Shown: positions 35,951-45,871 of the stretch, in pieces | How positions within the stretch are numbered: the stretch's first letter is position 1 | Layout of the letters: the number at the start of each line of letters is the position of its first letter | Assembly (NCBI GenBank): GCA_965195195.1 | Contig: CBDAFF010000057.1 | Location: forward strand, 16,074-80,073 | DNA from: an uncultured Anaerolineales bacterium | Lineage (GTDB): Bacteria > Chloroflexota > Anaerolineae > Anaerolineales > E44-bin32 | Direction: 5' to 3' | Length of the DNA: 64,000 bases | Program-made: the position numbers and the translations under genes | The notes under the pieces: generated by a model | The model's database searches: none | Told to the model about the DNA's origin: nothing | The model's input: only the letters and a program-made list of their open reading frames with translations

Positions 35951-38380
35951 ATGATAAATATCATTCGAAATTTATATGTTAGATTGTTTGGCAACTTTTT
36001 CGACTATGGCGAATTCATCTTCGGCATCCTGCTTGGCATATTCGGAGCGTTCATTTACTTGAAATTAGGGCCAATTCGCAATGAAATCTCCGGTTGGCTC
36101 GAGGGGCGTTCTGAAGAAAAAGGGAGCCAGCGGAAAAGGGTTTCAGCTGATCGATATCGATCAGACCTCATCGCTAGAGCCCAATCGATGCACGTTGCCC
36201 GGGCGATCTTCTCCCTCGAGGAAATCCTCGTTCCACCCCGGCTGCTCGCCCCTCCGCTCACCCAGGATCCGGAGAAAGAAGGGGCTGTTCCTGAAAATAC
36301 ACTTTCGATTTTGCCAACTTTGCCCGATTGGAATTATCTGTCTGGCATCTATCAAGCACCGACCATCAGTTTTGGAACCGCTCTATCATCAAAAACAAAC
36401 ATCCTCCTTACGGGATGGCCAGGAGCCGGCAAAACGACAGCACTCGCTTATCTCGCCATCCATTCCGCCCTCAGAGATCCAGAAGTTGGACCCGCCGCAG
36501 AGTTAACTCCGGTCTTCCTGCACGCGGCAGCTCTCGTTCTCGACCGGTCTTCTGAAAAAGATCCTCTCAAGCCGATCGTGACCGCCGTCCAGGATCCTGT
36601 TTCCAGCGCAGCCTCATCTAAACTCCCTGGCCAACTCCAGAATGACTTTAAACGCGGTCGGGCTCTTCTGCTTCTCGATGGGCTGGACGAATTTACTGCC
36701 TCTGAAATCCCTTCTGTCTCAACCTGGCTTAAACGATTGATGGATAAATATCCTGGGAATCTGATTGTTGCTGCGGGACCAGTCATGTATTACGACGGTC
36801 TCGCACAGGCTGGCCTAGTTCCCGTTCAACTTGCACCATGGACAGCGCACGATCAAAAGGTTTTCATGAGTAAATGGGCTGAAGCCTGGCAGACTCATAT
36901 CGCCCCATTGCTGCCCAAGCGACGGCTTGCGGATATCGACCCTGCCTTGATCTCGGGCTGGCTCACGAACACTTTCCGGGGTTGGTCTCCGTTGGAAATC
37001 ACGTTGCAAACGTGGGCTTCGTATGTCGGCGACGTGCGAGGTGATCGCATGATTGACACCATGGAAGCTTACGTTGAGCGTTTGCTCTCTGCAGGCGAGA
37101 TCAAGTCAACCATGACGACAGCCCTCAACTGGATCCAAAGCCAGTCGGGGATCCTTACCGACCGCTCAATACGCCGCGGTACGCCTGTCAACAACATGGT
37201 CGAGGCGGGGATCCTCACTCGCCATGCCGGGAATCGCTTAACTTTCTCGCAACCCAATATAGGCGCATATCTCGCCGCTCGAGAAATTGCAGACAACGGT
37301 TCCGCTCCAGATTCACTTGAAATCGACTGGTCACCAGCCAGCCTCACGCTCGGGTACCTGGCTGCAGTCGGGGATATCTCCACGGTCAGCGAGCGCTATT
37401 TACAAATCAAGGATGATCCCCTGGAGCTGCCCCTTCTGGCGATAGCCCGCTGCCTGCCTGAAGCACGGAAAAAAGCACCCTGGAGAGCGGACGTCCTGCG
37501 GCGCCTGGCCGCGCTTGTATCCGATCCAAATCGCCCCTACGGACTTCGATTGCGTACGGTCCACGCTCTCTCCGCCGCGAAGGAGGATTCGGTCGCGGTA
37601 CTTTTCCGACGCCTACTCGAATCGGATATGCCTGGCAGCAGAGTCCTTGGCGCTCTGGGCCTTGGAGGCATGCGGGACGAGGATTCAGTAAAATACTTAA
37701 TCCAGACGATTAAAACCAAGCGCAATTTACACTCACGCCAAGCTGCATGTTTGGCCCTTGCATCCATAGGAACAGATGAAGCCCTCGAGGGCCTGGGACA
37801 TATCTTGCTTGAGAGCGACGAGGGCGTTCTAATCGCAGCGGCAGAAGCGCTGGCCTGCAACCCAGACGAAGGGTATGCCATGCTGCGCGACGCGATGGAG
37901 ATGGAAAACCTGCTCACACGCCGAGCCGCAGTATTTGGTTTGGCCAGGGTTCCAGAAGCATGGGCAATTGAGATTCTCGAAGCAGTTCATTTGGATGACG
38001 ATCAGTGGGTCGTAAGAGGCGCTGCAGCCGAGGTCCTAGAGAGGCACCGCAACCCACCTTGGAAGATCCACCCTCCGACCGATGATTTATCCACCCTGCC
38101 CTGGCTTCAAGCCTTCGCAGAGAAAGAGGGATTAGCTGTCGCTCCTGGTCGGGCAGCGTTGGAGATGTTGCGGCGAGTGTTGAATAAAGGGTCAGAGGAT
38201 GAGCAAATCGCTGCACTTGAAGCCATCGTCTGGGCTGGCGGTGAAGAGTTGGCAATGGAACTCTTTCAAGCACTGAGTTCCTCTGAACCTCATTTAAGAG
38301 ACGCTGCGTACGAGGCGCTCTGGCAGCTCAGGGCATCAGGCGTTGAAATTCGCTCCTCGATGCCGACCAGATCTACCTGA
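35951..38380 (+). CDS. membrane-anchored NACHT-family STAND NTPase with C-terminal HEAT (PBS-lyase-type) repeats
   Basis: N-terminal TM helix (FIFGILLGIFGAFIYL). Walker A LLTGWPGAGKTTAL and Walker B LLLLDGLDEF. Repeated xRxAAxxALxxxG units (RQAACLALASIGTDEALEGL, LIAAAEALA, RRAAVFGLARV, VRGAAAEVL). Lies 6 nt after the previous gene. Confidence 0.75.
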   Translation: MINIIRNLYVRLFGNFFDYGEFIFGILLGIFGAFIYLKLGPIRNEISGWLEGRSEEKGSQRKRVSADRYRSDLIARAQSMHVARAIFSLEEILVPPRLLAPPLTQDPEKEGAVPENTLSILPTLPDWNYLSGIYQAPTISFGTALSSKTNILLTGWPGAGKTTALAYLAIHSALRDPEVGPAAELTPVFLHAAALVLDRSSEKDPLKPIVTAVQDPVSSAASSKLPGQLQNDFKRGRALLLLDGLDEFTASEIPSVSTWLKRLMDKYPGNLIVAAGPVMYYDGLAQAGLVPVQLAPWTAHDQKVFMSKWAEAWQTHIAPLLPKRRLADIDPALISGWLTNTFRGWSPLEITLQTWASYVGDVRGDRMIDTMEAYVERLLSAGEIKSTMTTALNWIQSQSGILTDRSIRRGTPVNNMVEAGILTRHAGNRLTFSQPNIGAYLAAREIADNGSAPDSLEIDWSPASLTLGYLAAVGDISTVSERYLQIKDDPLELPLLAIARCLPEARKKAPWRADVLRRLAALVSDPNRPYGLRLRTVHALSAAKEDSVAVLFRRLLESDMPGSRVLGALGLGGMRDEDSVKYLIQTIKTKRNLHSRQAACLALASIGTDEALEGLGHILLESDEGVLIAAAEALACNPDEGYAMLRDAMEMENLLTRRAAVFGLARVPEAWAIEILEAVHLDDDQWVVRGAAAEVLERHRNPPWKIHPPTDDLSTLPWLQAFAEKEGLAVAPGRAALEMLRRVLNKGSEDEQIAALEAIVWAGGEELAMELFQALSSSEPHLRDAAYEALWQLRASGVEIRSSMPTRST

Positions 38381-38406
38381 TCCAGATATTCGTGGATTAA
38401 CCTCAA

Positions 38407-38447
38407 GGGCCGACCCATAATATGTCGGCCCATTCTCTTGCCGTTTT
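38407..38447 (+). terminator. intrinsic terminator after the NACHT gene
   Basis: GGGCCGAC-ccataatat-GTCGGCCC followed by the T-rich ATTCTCTTGCCGTTTTC. Confidence 0.5.
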
Positions 38448-38457
38448 CAAGACCTAT

Positions 38458-38579
38458 AGAGGCACGGCAGTGCCGTGCCTCTACGCATATGCCAACTCAA
38501 GGTGGATTGAAATCGGGCGCACCCATGGGTGCGCCCTTACATATTTAATAATGTAAGGGGTTGCCCTTTTGGACAACCC
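38458..38579. repeat. array of four further abutting inverted repeats/palindromes between convergent genes
   Basis: AGAGGCACGGCA-G-TGCCGTGCCTCT (38458-38482). Perfect 22-nt palindrome GGGCGCACCCATGGGTGCGCCC (38515-38536). CCTTACAT-N8-ATGTAAGG (38535-38558). GGGTTGCC-N5-GGaCAACCC (38558-38579). Confidence 0.8.
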
Positions 38580-38614
38580 TAAATATCACAGCTATAAATG
38601 CTTCTTTTTTGATG

Positions 38615-38953
38615 CTATTTCTTGCTCTTCTGATCAAGATTAACTTGAATTTGCTTCTCAACTTCTTCGGCAGACATCCCATCGATCGAAATGATCTTGT
38701 CCAGCCCACGCTCACCGGCAACGATCTCTATTTTATTTTTCCGAGTACCCAGCGCCTTTGCCAGGAAGGCGATAACGGCGCGATTTGCCTTCCCTTCCAC
38801 CGGCGGTGCCGCAACTCGAATCCGCACCGTTCCATCCTCCAGGATGCCTCCAAATTCAGTCTTTCGGGATCGTGGAGTCACGCGGACTGTAAGTGCAGCT
38901 CCCCGTTTCCCATTAGAGAGTTTAAATTCCCTGTCTTTTATCTGTTGATTCAA
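38615..38953 (-). CDS. yggU: DUF167/YggU-family protein
   Basis: LTVRVTPRSRKTEF...IRVAAPPVEGKANRAVIAFLAKAL...IEIVAGERG. The TTG start overlaps the yggT stop (TTGA). Confidence 0.75.
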   Translation of the reverse strand: MNQQIKDREFKLSNGKRGAALTVRVTPRSRKTEFGGILEDGTVRIRVAAPPVEGKANRAVIAFLAKALGTRKNKIEIVAGERGLDKIISIDGMSAEEVEKQIQVNLDQKSKK

Positions 38954-39201
38954 ACGAGTATCCCCACTAACACTCTGCCGGCTATCTCAACCAGAAAAAA
39001 CAACACCAATGGGCTAAAATCAAGACCTCCCGCGGAAGGTAATAACTTGCGTATTGGCGCGAGAAATGGCTGAACAATCGAATCCAGGAATTGGCGTATT
39101 GGGTGAATCACATCCAAAAAATATCCAACCAGCACATCCGCCAGGATGATTAATGAAAACGCTCTTGTAATGATCAAGATTGCATCCGCTAGACTCGTCA
39201 T
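38950..39201 (-). CDS. yggT: YggT-family membrane protein
   Basis: Small two-TM protein with PIRKLLPSAGGLDFSPLV. The ATG at 39201 is preceded by GGAG. Confidence 0.75.
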   Translation of the reverse strand: MTSLADAILIITRAFSLIILADVLVGYFLDVIHPIRQFLDSIVQPFLAPIRKLLPSAGGLDFSPLVLFFLVEIAGRVLVGILV

Positions 39202-39304
39202 AGGCACTCCTCAAGATTAAATTACCCCATACACAATATCACTTATCGGCAGTCTCAACACCGATGAGGGATTCTCCCTCAGGGACTATTTTACCGCAAC
39301 TCTA

Positions 39305-40060
39305 TCAGGCGTCAGTATGGCGCGGTCCGAAGATCGCTCTCCCTACACGTATGATCGTCGCCCCCTCTTCAATCGCGATCTCGTAATCATCCGTCATGCC
39401 CATCGAGAGCTCGGGCAGGTCCGTTAAGAGTTCCTCTTCCAAGAAATCCCGGAATGTGCGCAAACCCTGAAACGTGGAATGAAGGATCGTGGGGTCCGCT
39501 GCCCAGGGCGCCATCGTCATCAAGCCTCGAACAGCCAGGTTCTTAAGATCGCGGATCATCTTGATATCCTCGAGCGCGCCCGGCCAATCATCCTTCTGCC
39601 ATGCCGACCATCCGGTCTTCGACACCTCACCCGATGTGTTGCACTCGAGCAAGACAGGTAAGATCCGACCAGATTCCGCGGCGAAATAATCGAGCTTTTG
39701 CGCGAGCTTCACACGGTCTACTGAGTGCACCATGAAGAAATTCGGGGCGATATCTTTCGCCTTGCGGCTCTGGATGTGCCCCACCATATGCCAGCGGATT
39801 TCGCTTAGATCGGTGAGTTCAGCCTGCTTCTCACGTGCTTCTGCAACACGGTTCTCACCAAAATCCCTTTGTCCAGCCTGGTACGCGGCACGCACGCTTG
39901 AAGCTGGCTGGCCCTTGCAGATGGCAACCAGCTCGATCGCGTCAGCCCCTCTTCCACTTCTTTTAGCAGCTTCGGAAACCCGCGCTTTCAGCAACCGCAG
40001 GTTCGCATCAATTTGCTGTTCCACTATGGTCCTCTTCAAATGCGATTCGGGGTCATTCAC
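39305..40060 (-). CDS. yggS: YggS-family pyridoxal-phosphate homeostasis protein
   Basis: VAICKGQP (PLP Lys context), FGENRVAEA, HMVGHIQSRK, LSMGMTDDYEIAIEEGATIIRVG. Confidence 0.85.
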   Translation of the reverse strand: MNDPESHLKRTIVEQQIDANLRLLKARVSEAAKRSGRGADAIELVAICKGQPASSVRAAYQAGQRDFGENRVAEAREKQAELTDLSEIRWHMVGHIQSRKAKDIAPNFFMVHSVDRVKLAQKLDYFAAESGRILPVLLECNTSGEVSKTGWSAWQKDDWPGALEDIKMIRDLKNLAVRGLMTMAPWAADPTILHSTFQGLRTFRDFLEEELLTDLPELSMGMTDDYEIAIEEGATIIRVGRAIFGPRHTDA

Positions 40061-40835
40061 TCACGGCGATCGCAGCCCCAAACCTGCCCGTCTTCCCTCC
40101 CTCACTGCGATGTGAGTACCAATCATTGATATGGCAGGCTGTGCAAATCTGGGCTACTTCGATTTGAACCACCCCCTGCTCCTGTAACAATGCTCGATTT
40201 GCGCTCCAGAGATCCAGATATGTCTTCCCATTTCTGCGTTCGACATGGCGAGAGGCATCCCCTCCGAAGCTCGCCTCGATCTGTTCGACAACTTCCGCTC
40301 CCACCGTGTAATGGTCCGGTCCAATCGAAGGCCCCAAACCAGCCATAATATCGGCAGGGTCAGACTGGAAGTTCTGCACCATCGCCTGGACGGCGTATTC
40401 TGCTGCCCGGCGTACCGTTCCCAGCCAGCCTGCATGAGCAATCCCAATCGCTCTCCGGTGGGGATCGTAAAGAAGAATGGGTACACAGTCGGCGAACCGC
40501 ATCAGGAGGGTCACACCGGGATCGTCTGTAAGGATGATGTCTCCCTTGGTATGAGGGCGGTCATTGCGTGGTCCATCAGCGACAACTACATCGGCAGAAT
40601 GCACTTGCCAGGCATCGAAAACCGAACTGACTGGACGGTCCAACGCGGAAAATAGCCGCCGGTGATTCTCTGCCACTTTTTCAGGGGCATCACCAACGGT
40701 ACCGCCGAGGTTGAGTGAATGCCAGGGATCGGGACTTACACCGCCATGGCGCGTGAAAACACCATGGACTAAATCCGGCTGCAACAGCGACTTAAATTGA
40801 TAAAAAACCAGTGATTCAATCTGTGTGCGAACCAT
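40053..40835 (-). CDS. pgeF: YfiH/PgeF (DUF152) laccase-domain protein, peptidoglycan editing factor family
   Basis: HGVFTRHGGVS, QVHSADV, ADCVPILLYDP, AHAGWLGT, ICTACH. Confidence 0.85.
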   Translation of the reverse strand: MVRTQIESLVFYQFKSLLQPDLVHGVFTRHGGVSPDPWHSLNLGGTVGDAPEKVAENHRRLFSALDRPVSSVFDAWQVHSADVVVADGPRNDRPHTKGDIILTDDPGVTLLMRFADCVPILLYDPHRRAIGIAHAGWLGTVRRAAEYAVQAMVQNFQSDPADIMAGLGPSIGPDHYTVGAEVVEQIEASFGGDASRHVERRNGKTYLDLWSANRALLQEQGVVQIEVAQICTACHINDWYSHRSEGGKTGRFGAAIAVSE

Positions 40836-40940
40836 TGTTAGAGTCTACCATGGCAATTAGCAAGACAAAGGCAGGCTGTTTGTCTTAAAGGATCCTATCC
40901 GCAGTTCTCCGGGGATATAAAAAGAGGGGCCATCGATCAA

Positions 40941-41897
40941 TCACTTGATCTCGCCTGCGGCAGCAAGCTTTGCGGCCACAAGGGTTTGGGTATCGACCAT
41001 GATTTCCTCTACATAAGGATACGCCATCCATACATTCGCCACGCCGAAAAGCATCCCCGTGAGCGAACGGAAGAATGGCGTACTCTCACGCCATGGGAAG
41101 GGCACGAAAGGTAGAGACGTAATCAGCTGGGATCCCCCATCCAGTGCAAGCGGGAGTATGCCGATAAGGAACCATGCCCAGATCGGCAGCGGTTTTAACC
41201 TGTGCCGGAGGAAGGTGAAAGCTACACCGGCGAGAAAAATGCTCCCGTAAATCGCGACATCGCGTTGACAAAGTGCGACTTTATATCCCACACTCTCATA
41301 GCCGATGAAGGCTCGATCTCGCAGTAAATTAATTGAGTCGACACCCGCGATTTCCTCATAGCTCTTCATATCCAAACCTGCTCTTTCCAAGGGATAAGCA
41401 GGCTGCTCTCCGAAGAGGAACCAGGAGCGGAAAGGAAGCTGGTGGCATAGAGGGCCGTAGACCTTGTATATCACACGAGCGGGAGTCGTCATACCAGCCT
41501 TAATTAAATATGGAGAAGCGAAGGGTAAGCCGACATAGAGAAGAACAATCAAGTTGAAGATGGCAAGCCAATGGCGGGAGAAGAAAATGAGCGCTTTGTT
41601 CATTATGACCCCCTGCTCTCGCGATACTGACGATGTCCTCTCAACATTAGAATGCCCATCCGCCGCCGCATTTAGCGCAACTTTCAAATCGATCTCAGAG
41701 ATGGGCGCCTCGAGAGTGTATGGGCCGATCTGGACAACAGGAACACGCTCGATGTAGCGCTTAAAAAGTGCCGGATCGGAATTGATGTCCACCTCTTGAA
41801 GAGTATGAGGAACTTCCTTCTCAAGTGAGATCAGGTAGGACTTAACTTCCTCACAAAGGCTGCAATCTTCTTTAGTAAAAAGCGTCACACGTATCAT
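40941..41897 (-). CDS. fusion of a glutaredoxin-like (CxxC) domain and a DUF2085 membrane domain
   Basis: N-terminal VTLFTKEDCSLCEEVK...VPVV thioredoxin fold, followed by TM helices with LCHQLPFRSWF and ALCQRD (DUF2085-type Cys motifs). ATGA overlap with the tlpA-like gene. Confidence 0.65.
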   Translation of the reverse strand: MIRVTLFTKEDCSLCEEVKSYLISLEKEVPHTLQEVDINSDPALFKRYIERVPVVQIGPYTLEAPISEIDLKVALNAAADGHSNVERTSSVSREQGVIMNKALIFFSRHWLAIFNLIVLLYVGLPFASPYLIKAGMTTPARVIYKVYGPLCHQLPFRSWFLFGEQPAYPLERAGLDMKSYEEIAGVDSINLLRDRAFIGYESVGYKVALCQRDVAIYGSIFLAGVAFTFLRHRLKPLPIWAWFLIGILPLALDGGSQLITSLPFVPFPWRESTPFFRSLTGMLFGVANVWMAYPYVEEIMVDTQTLVAAKLAAAGEIK

Positions 41898-42511
41898 AGG
41901 GAATACCCAAGTTCTACCAGATAATCGCTCAGTTGACCCTCGGTTATAAGTCCTATATGGACTACACGGACCACACCCTGGGGATCAACGATGATACTCG
42001 ATGGATAGCCGCGGATTCGGTAAAGCCGTTGAACACTTCCGCCAGGGTCGAGAAGAAGAGGAAAGGATAACCCAAGTTCGTCACGGAAAGCACTTACATC
42101 CTCAACGGGTTCGTCGTAATTTAACCCCAGGACAGTGAAACCATCGTCCTTTAACTCTAGATAGCGATCTTCAAATGTTGGCATCTCCAGACGGCATGGA
42201 CCGCACCACGTTGCCCAAAAGGTCAGGAGCACCGTTCTTCCGCGGTAGTCGCTCAGGCGGACTTCATTTCCCTCCAGATCGCGCAATGCGAAGTCTGGAG
42301 CTTGTGCACCGATCTCTGGTGCAATCCTGCTCACAACCGTTCCAATTTCTGATGTTTCATTCGATTCCGGCGAGGCGGTTGGTAGCACGCTAATAGTAGT
42401 TACTGATTCTGCACTTGGGAAGCCGAGAAACAAGGCCATTGCAAAAGCGACCCCAACGAGAAAGCCCACCAGGATGGTTGCGGCAATGCGAGAGGAAGAT
42501 CCCAGACGCAT
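41894..42511 (-). CDS. TlpA/ResA-family membrane-anchored thiol:disulfide oxidoreductase
   Basis: N-terminal anchor and FWATWCGPC active site. Confidence 0.8.
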   Translation of the reverse strand: MRLGSSSRIAATILVGFLVGVAFAMALFLGFPSAESVTTISVLPTASPESNETSEIGTVVSRIAPEIGAQAPDFALRDLEGNEVRLSDYRGRTVLLTFWATWCGPCRLEMPTFEDRYLELKDDGFTVLGLNYDEPVEDVSAFRDELGLSFPLLLDPGGSVQRLYRIRGYPSSIIVDPQGVVRVVHIGLITEGQLSDYLVELGYSL

Positions 42512-42518
42512 ACTGTAC

Positions 42519-43256
42519 CTAAAGGCCGAAGTCGACGAAGAAACCGAACCCCGCTAGCTGCCCGAGTTTGCCGCTAAGTAGTAACACGCCAACAATGACC
42601 AGGATAACGCCGGTGATGATGGAGATGTAACGGACGACATTGCTGTACTTACGCATGAGTTCCGCCGCTTGCCCTATCCCCAAAGCCATCAGAAGAAAGG
42701 GGATCGCCAGGCCGAGTGAATAGGCGCTGAGGAGGATAACGCCCTCGATAATTCGAGCGCTGCTTATCGCCAGCGTAAGCACGGCGCCGAGGACTGGTCC
42801 AACGCACGGCGCCCAGCCAGCAGCGAAGAAAACGCCCATCAGCGCCGATGAGAAGTAACCCAACCCCGGGTTAGCCTGCACCTGCCGCCGGGTATCGTAG
42901 TTCAGGAAAGGGATGTTGATCACACCCATTGTGTGAAGTCCAAAGATAATCACGACCACTCCACCGATGCGTGCAATCCAGGTGCGCAGATCATATAAGA
43001 TGAAACCAATCGCAGACGCGGCGGCGCCAAGGAGCACGAATACGACGCTGAAACCAAAGACAAAAGCCACCCCGTGCGAGAAGGTGGTCCAGCGATTTGT
43101 GATAACATCGCCCGAGGGTGATACAGATCGCCCGCCGAGATAGCCGATATAGGCTGGTACGAGAGCGAGGACGCAGGGCGATAAGAACGATAACAATCCT
43201 GCAAGAGTCGCAATGCCAACCCAGTATGGGCTTAAAGTAAGGCCGCTGAGATCCAT
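42519..43256 (-). CDS. ccdA: cytochrome c biogenesis protein CcdA (DsbD-like transmembrane electron transfer)
   Basis: SFLSPCVLALVPAYIGYL and AAGWAPCVGPVLG conserved Cys motifs, six TM helices. The start is set at the ATG at 43256; the longest ORF starts at the GTG at 43307. Confidence 0.8.
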   Translation of the reverse strand: MDLSGLTLSPYWVGIATLAGLLSFLSPCVLALVPAYIGYLGGRSVSPSGDVITNRWTTFSHGVAFVFGFSVVFVLLGAAASAIGFILYDLRTWIARIGGVVVIIFGLHTMGVINIPFLNYDTRRQVQANPGLGYFSSALMGVFFAAGWAPCVGPVLGAVLTLAISSARIIEGVILLSAYSLGLAIPFLLMALGIGQAAELMRKYSNVVRYISIITGVILVIVGVLLLSGKLGQLAGFGFFVDFGL

Positions 43257-43393
43257 CGAATCCGTTTCTCCTCCATCCAATATTCCCCTTTTATTTGGTT
43301 TGATCACATCCTGAATGTGTGAAGCATACCGCCTTCGTCCCCAACGATCAAGGTGGCAAATCTAAATTGCTCTCACCCGGGTGAAGCAGATAA

Positions 43394-45853
43394 TCAGGAG
43401 AGCTTCAAACCTCTCAACCTGAGGCTATTTGTTACAACGAAAATCGAACTGAAAGCCATGGCCCCGGCGGCAAACATGGGATTCAGGAAACCGAGTGCTG
43501 CGCTCGGAATGAGGAGTACATTATAAATCAGCGCCCAAAATAGGTTCTGCTTGATGGTACGCAGGGTTCTGCGAGAAAGAGTGATTGCTCGCGGTACGCC
43601 GCGCAGATCCCCGCTTAGAAGCGTAATTGGAGCGGCGGCAATAGCCACATCCGTACCGGTTCCAATAGCAATCCCAACATCCGCTTGTGCTAGCGCTGGA
43701 GCGTCATTGATCCCATCCCCGACCATGGCAACGACCTTTCCCTGGCTTTGAAGATCTCTGACCACTTCTGCCTTCTCTGCCGGAAGCACTTCGGCGCGGA
43801 TGAGACTGTTCCCCCGTGAATCTTGTGAGTGTAGACCGACTAAAGAGCCAATCGCTTGGGCGGTTTGGAGATTGTCTCCCGTTATCATGACGACCTCCAG
43901 CCCCATATTTTGGAGATCTTCAATTGCTTCAACCGAACCCTCTTTCACCGTATCGGCGATGCCCAAAATACCAGCTGGTTTACCATCAATTGCCACGGCA
44001 ACGACTGTTTTCGCCTGCGACCGCAAGCGCTCTATCTCCCGCTGGAGGCCGTCCATTCCCATACCACGGTCAGCGAGCAGCTTCGGCGAACCGACGATAA
44101 CTTCTCGCTCTCCCACGCTGGCGACTATTCCATGCCCGGCAATAGCTTTGAATCCGTCCGGCTCATCTAAGGAAATCCCCTGATCTGAAGCTGCTTCAAC
44201 GACCGCCTCCCCAAGTGGGTGTTCGGAACCACGCTCAGCGCTTGCAACGAGCTTGAGTAAATCTCCCTCACTCCCATCCCACCCATTCACGATGATGTCG
44301 GTGACCGTAGGTTGGCCGCGAGTGATTGTCCCCGTCTTATCCAGAATGACCGTCGTTAAACTTCCCGCCCGCTCAAGCGCCCCGCTGGATTTGAATAAAA
44401 TCCCCATGTTGGCGCCTTCTCCGGTCCCAACCATCACCGCTGTAGGAGTAGCCAGGCCCATCGCACAAGGGCAAGCAATGACCAGGACTGCCACCGTATT
44501 GATCAAGGCGCGGGTAAAGATGGAAATATCATCCGTTGGAGGAGGGGCAAGGTAAAACCATGCCAGAAATGTAATTAAGGCAATCCCGATCACAACCGGA
44601 ACGAAAATCGACGAGACCTGGTCTGCTAAGCGTTGTATCGGCGCTTTGCTACCCTGAGCTTCCTCGACCAGGCGGATGATCTGCGCCAGGGCTGTATCCT
44701 TCCCAATTTTTAACGCTTCAAATTTGATCCGACCCAGTTTGTTCACGGTTGCACCGATGACGGTATCTCCAGGACCTTTCCCTACCGGCAGAGACTCGCC
44801 GGTGAGCATCGACTCATCGACAGAAGATTTTCCCTCGATCACAACGCCATCAACAGGAAACTTCTCTCCGGGTCTAACGACGACGATATCACCCACCTCG
44901 ACTTCTTCAATGGGTATGTCGATCTCCTGTCCATCGCGGACAATACGTGCAGTCTTTGCCTGTAGACCAAGCAGCTTTTTGATTGCCTCACTCGTTCTTC
45001 CCTTCGCACGCGCCTCCAGGAATTTTCCCAGGACGATCAATGTGATAATAACCGCCGAAGTTTCAAAGTATACATGCCCATCGATTATGCCAAGCATCAC
45101 CGGAATGGAGTAAAAGTAGGCAGCTGAGGAGCCCATTGCTATTAGAACATCCATGTTAGCTGACTTGTTGCGCAGCGCCTTGTAGGCTCCATCGTAGTAT
45201 TGCCAGCCCACGTAGAATTGAACCGGGGTTGCCAGGGCGAACATCAGCCACGGGAGCCAGGCCGCATCAGCGAGACCCGCGGGCAAGAACCCAAAATCTC
45301 TGAACATAGAGAGCAGGAATAAGGGGATCGTGAAAAACAGCCCCACCGTGAGCAATCGCTTCTGGTGATTGATCTCCTTCTCTCTTGCCACACGTTCGAC
45401 ATCCTCCACTCGATCGGATGTCTTGAGTGCTTCAAAACCCGTAGTGAGGATCACTTTACGTAGATCTGACTGACTCACGACAGTTGGAATGTATTGGACG
45501 CGTACACGCTCGGTAGCCAGATTCGCAGAAGCGCCAACAACACCGTCGGTACCGAGCAGGGCTTCTTCGAGCCGGCGTGCGTCATTGACGTCCCCCAAAC
45601 GTTTCAGAACGAAGTCTGCTTCACCGAGGGCGATGTCATATCCTGTTCGTTTGATTCGGGCGATGATGTCCTTTTGATCCACCTTGGCGGGATCGAAATC
45701 CACGCTCGCTCGCTCAGAAGCTAAATTGACATTCGCAGACTGGACTCCGTCGAGCTTATTCAGGTTACGTTCGACCGCGGCCACGCAGTTCGCGCAGGTC
45801 ATTCCAGTAATCGGAAGCGTGAGAGTCTTCTTCGCTTCTTCCATGATACTCAT
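43394..45853 (-). CDS. copA: copper-translocating P1B-type ATPase
   Basis: N-terminal HMA domain GMTCANCV and a second, degenerate HMA-like domain. TGES, CPC ([11 protein letters not shown]), [13 protein letters not shown]. Confidence 0.92.
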   Translation of the reverse strand: MSIMEEAKKTLTLPITGMTCANCVAAVERNLNKLDGVQSANVNLASERASVDFDPAKVDQKDIIARIKRTGYDIALGEADFVLKRLGDVNDARRLEEALLGTDGVVGASANLATERVRVQYIPTVVSQSDLRKVILTTGFEALKTSDRVEDVERVAREKEINHQKRLLTVGLFFTIPLFLLSMFRDFGFLPAGLADAAWLPWLMFALATPVQFYVGWQYYDGAYKALRNKSANMDVLIAMGSSAAYFYSIPVMLGIIDGHVYFETSAVIITLIVLGKFLEARAKGRTSEAIKKLLGLQAKTARIVRDGQEIDIPIEEVEVGDIVVVRPGEKFPVDGVVIEGKSSVDESMLTGESLPVGKGPGDTVIGATVNKLGRIKFEALKIGKDTALAQIIRLVEEAQGSKAPIQRLADQVSSIFVPVVIGIALITFLAWFYLAPPPTDDISIFTRALINTVAVLVIACPCAMGLATPTAVMVGTGEGANMGILFKSSGALERAGSLTTVILDKTGTITRGQPTVTDIIVNGWDGSEGDLLKLVASAERGSEHPLGEAVVEAASDQGISLDEPDGFKAIAGHGIVASVGEREVIVGSPKLLADRGMGMDGLQREIERLRSQAKTVVAVAIDGKPAGILGIADTVKEGSVEAIEDLQNMGLEVVMITGDNLQTAQAIGSLVGLHSQDSRGNSLIRAEVLPAEKAEVVRDLQSQGKVVAMVGDGINDAPALAQADVGIAIGTGTDVAIAAAPITLLSGDLRGVPRAITLSRRTLRTIKQNLFWALIYNVLLIPSAALGFLNPMFAAGAMAFSSIFVVTNSLRLRGLKLS

Positions 45854-45871
45854 TACCTCTTCATTAGTTCG

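Noticed and set aside
38458-38579. Possible CRISPR array or tRNA-like element among the palindromes.
   Set aside because: The four palindromes are all different sequences, so there is no repeat-spacer periodicity. There are no cas genes. No cloverleaf with a T-loop (GTTCRANNC) or an anticodon stem can be drawn.
40868-40905. Hairpin AAGACAAA-N9-TTTGTCTT between the Grx::DUF2085 gene and pgeF, considered as a terminator or operator.
   Set aside because: No T-tract follows it on the transcribed (minus) strand, and the stem is AT-rich and short. The evidence is insufficient to call a feature.
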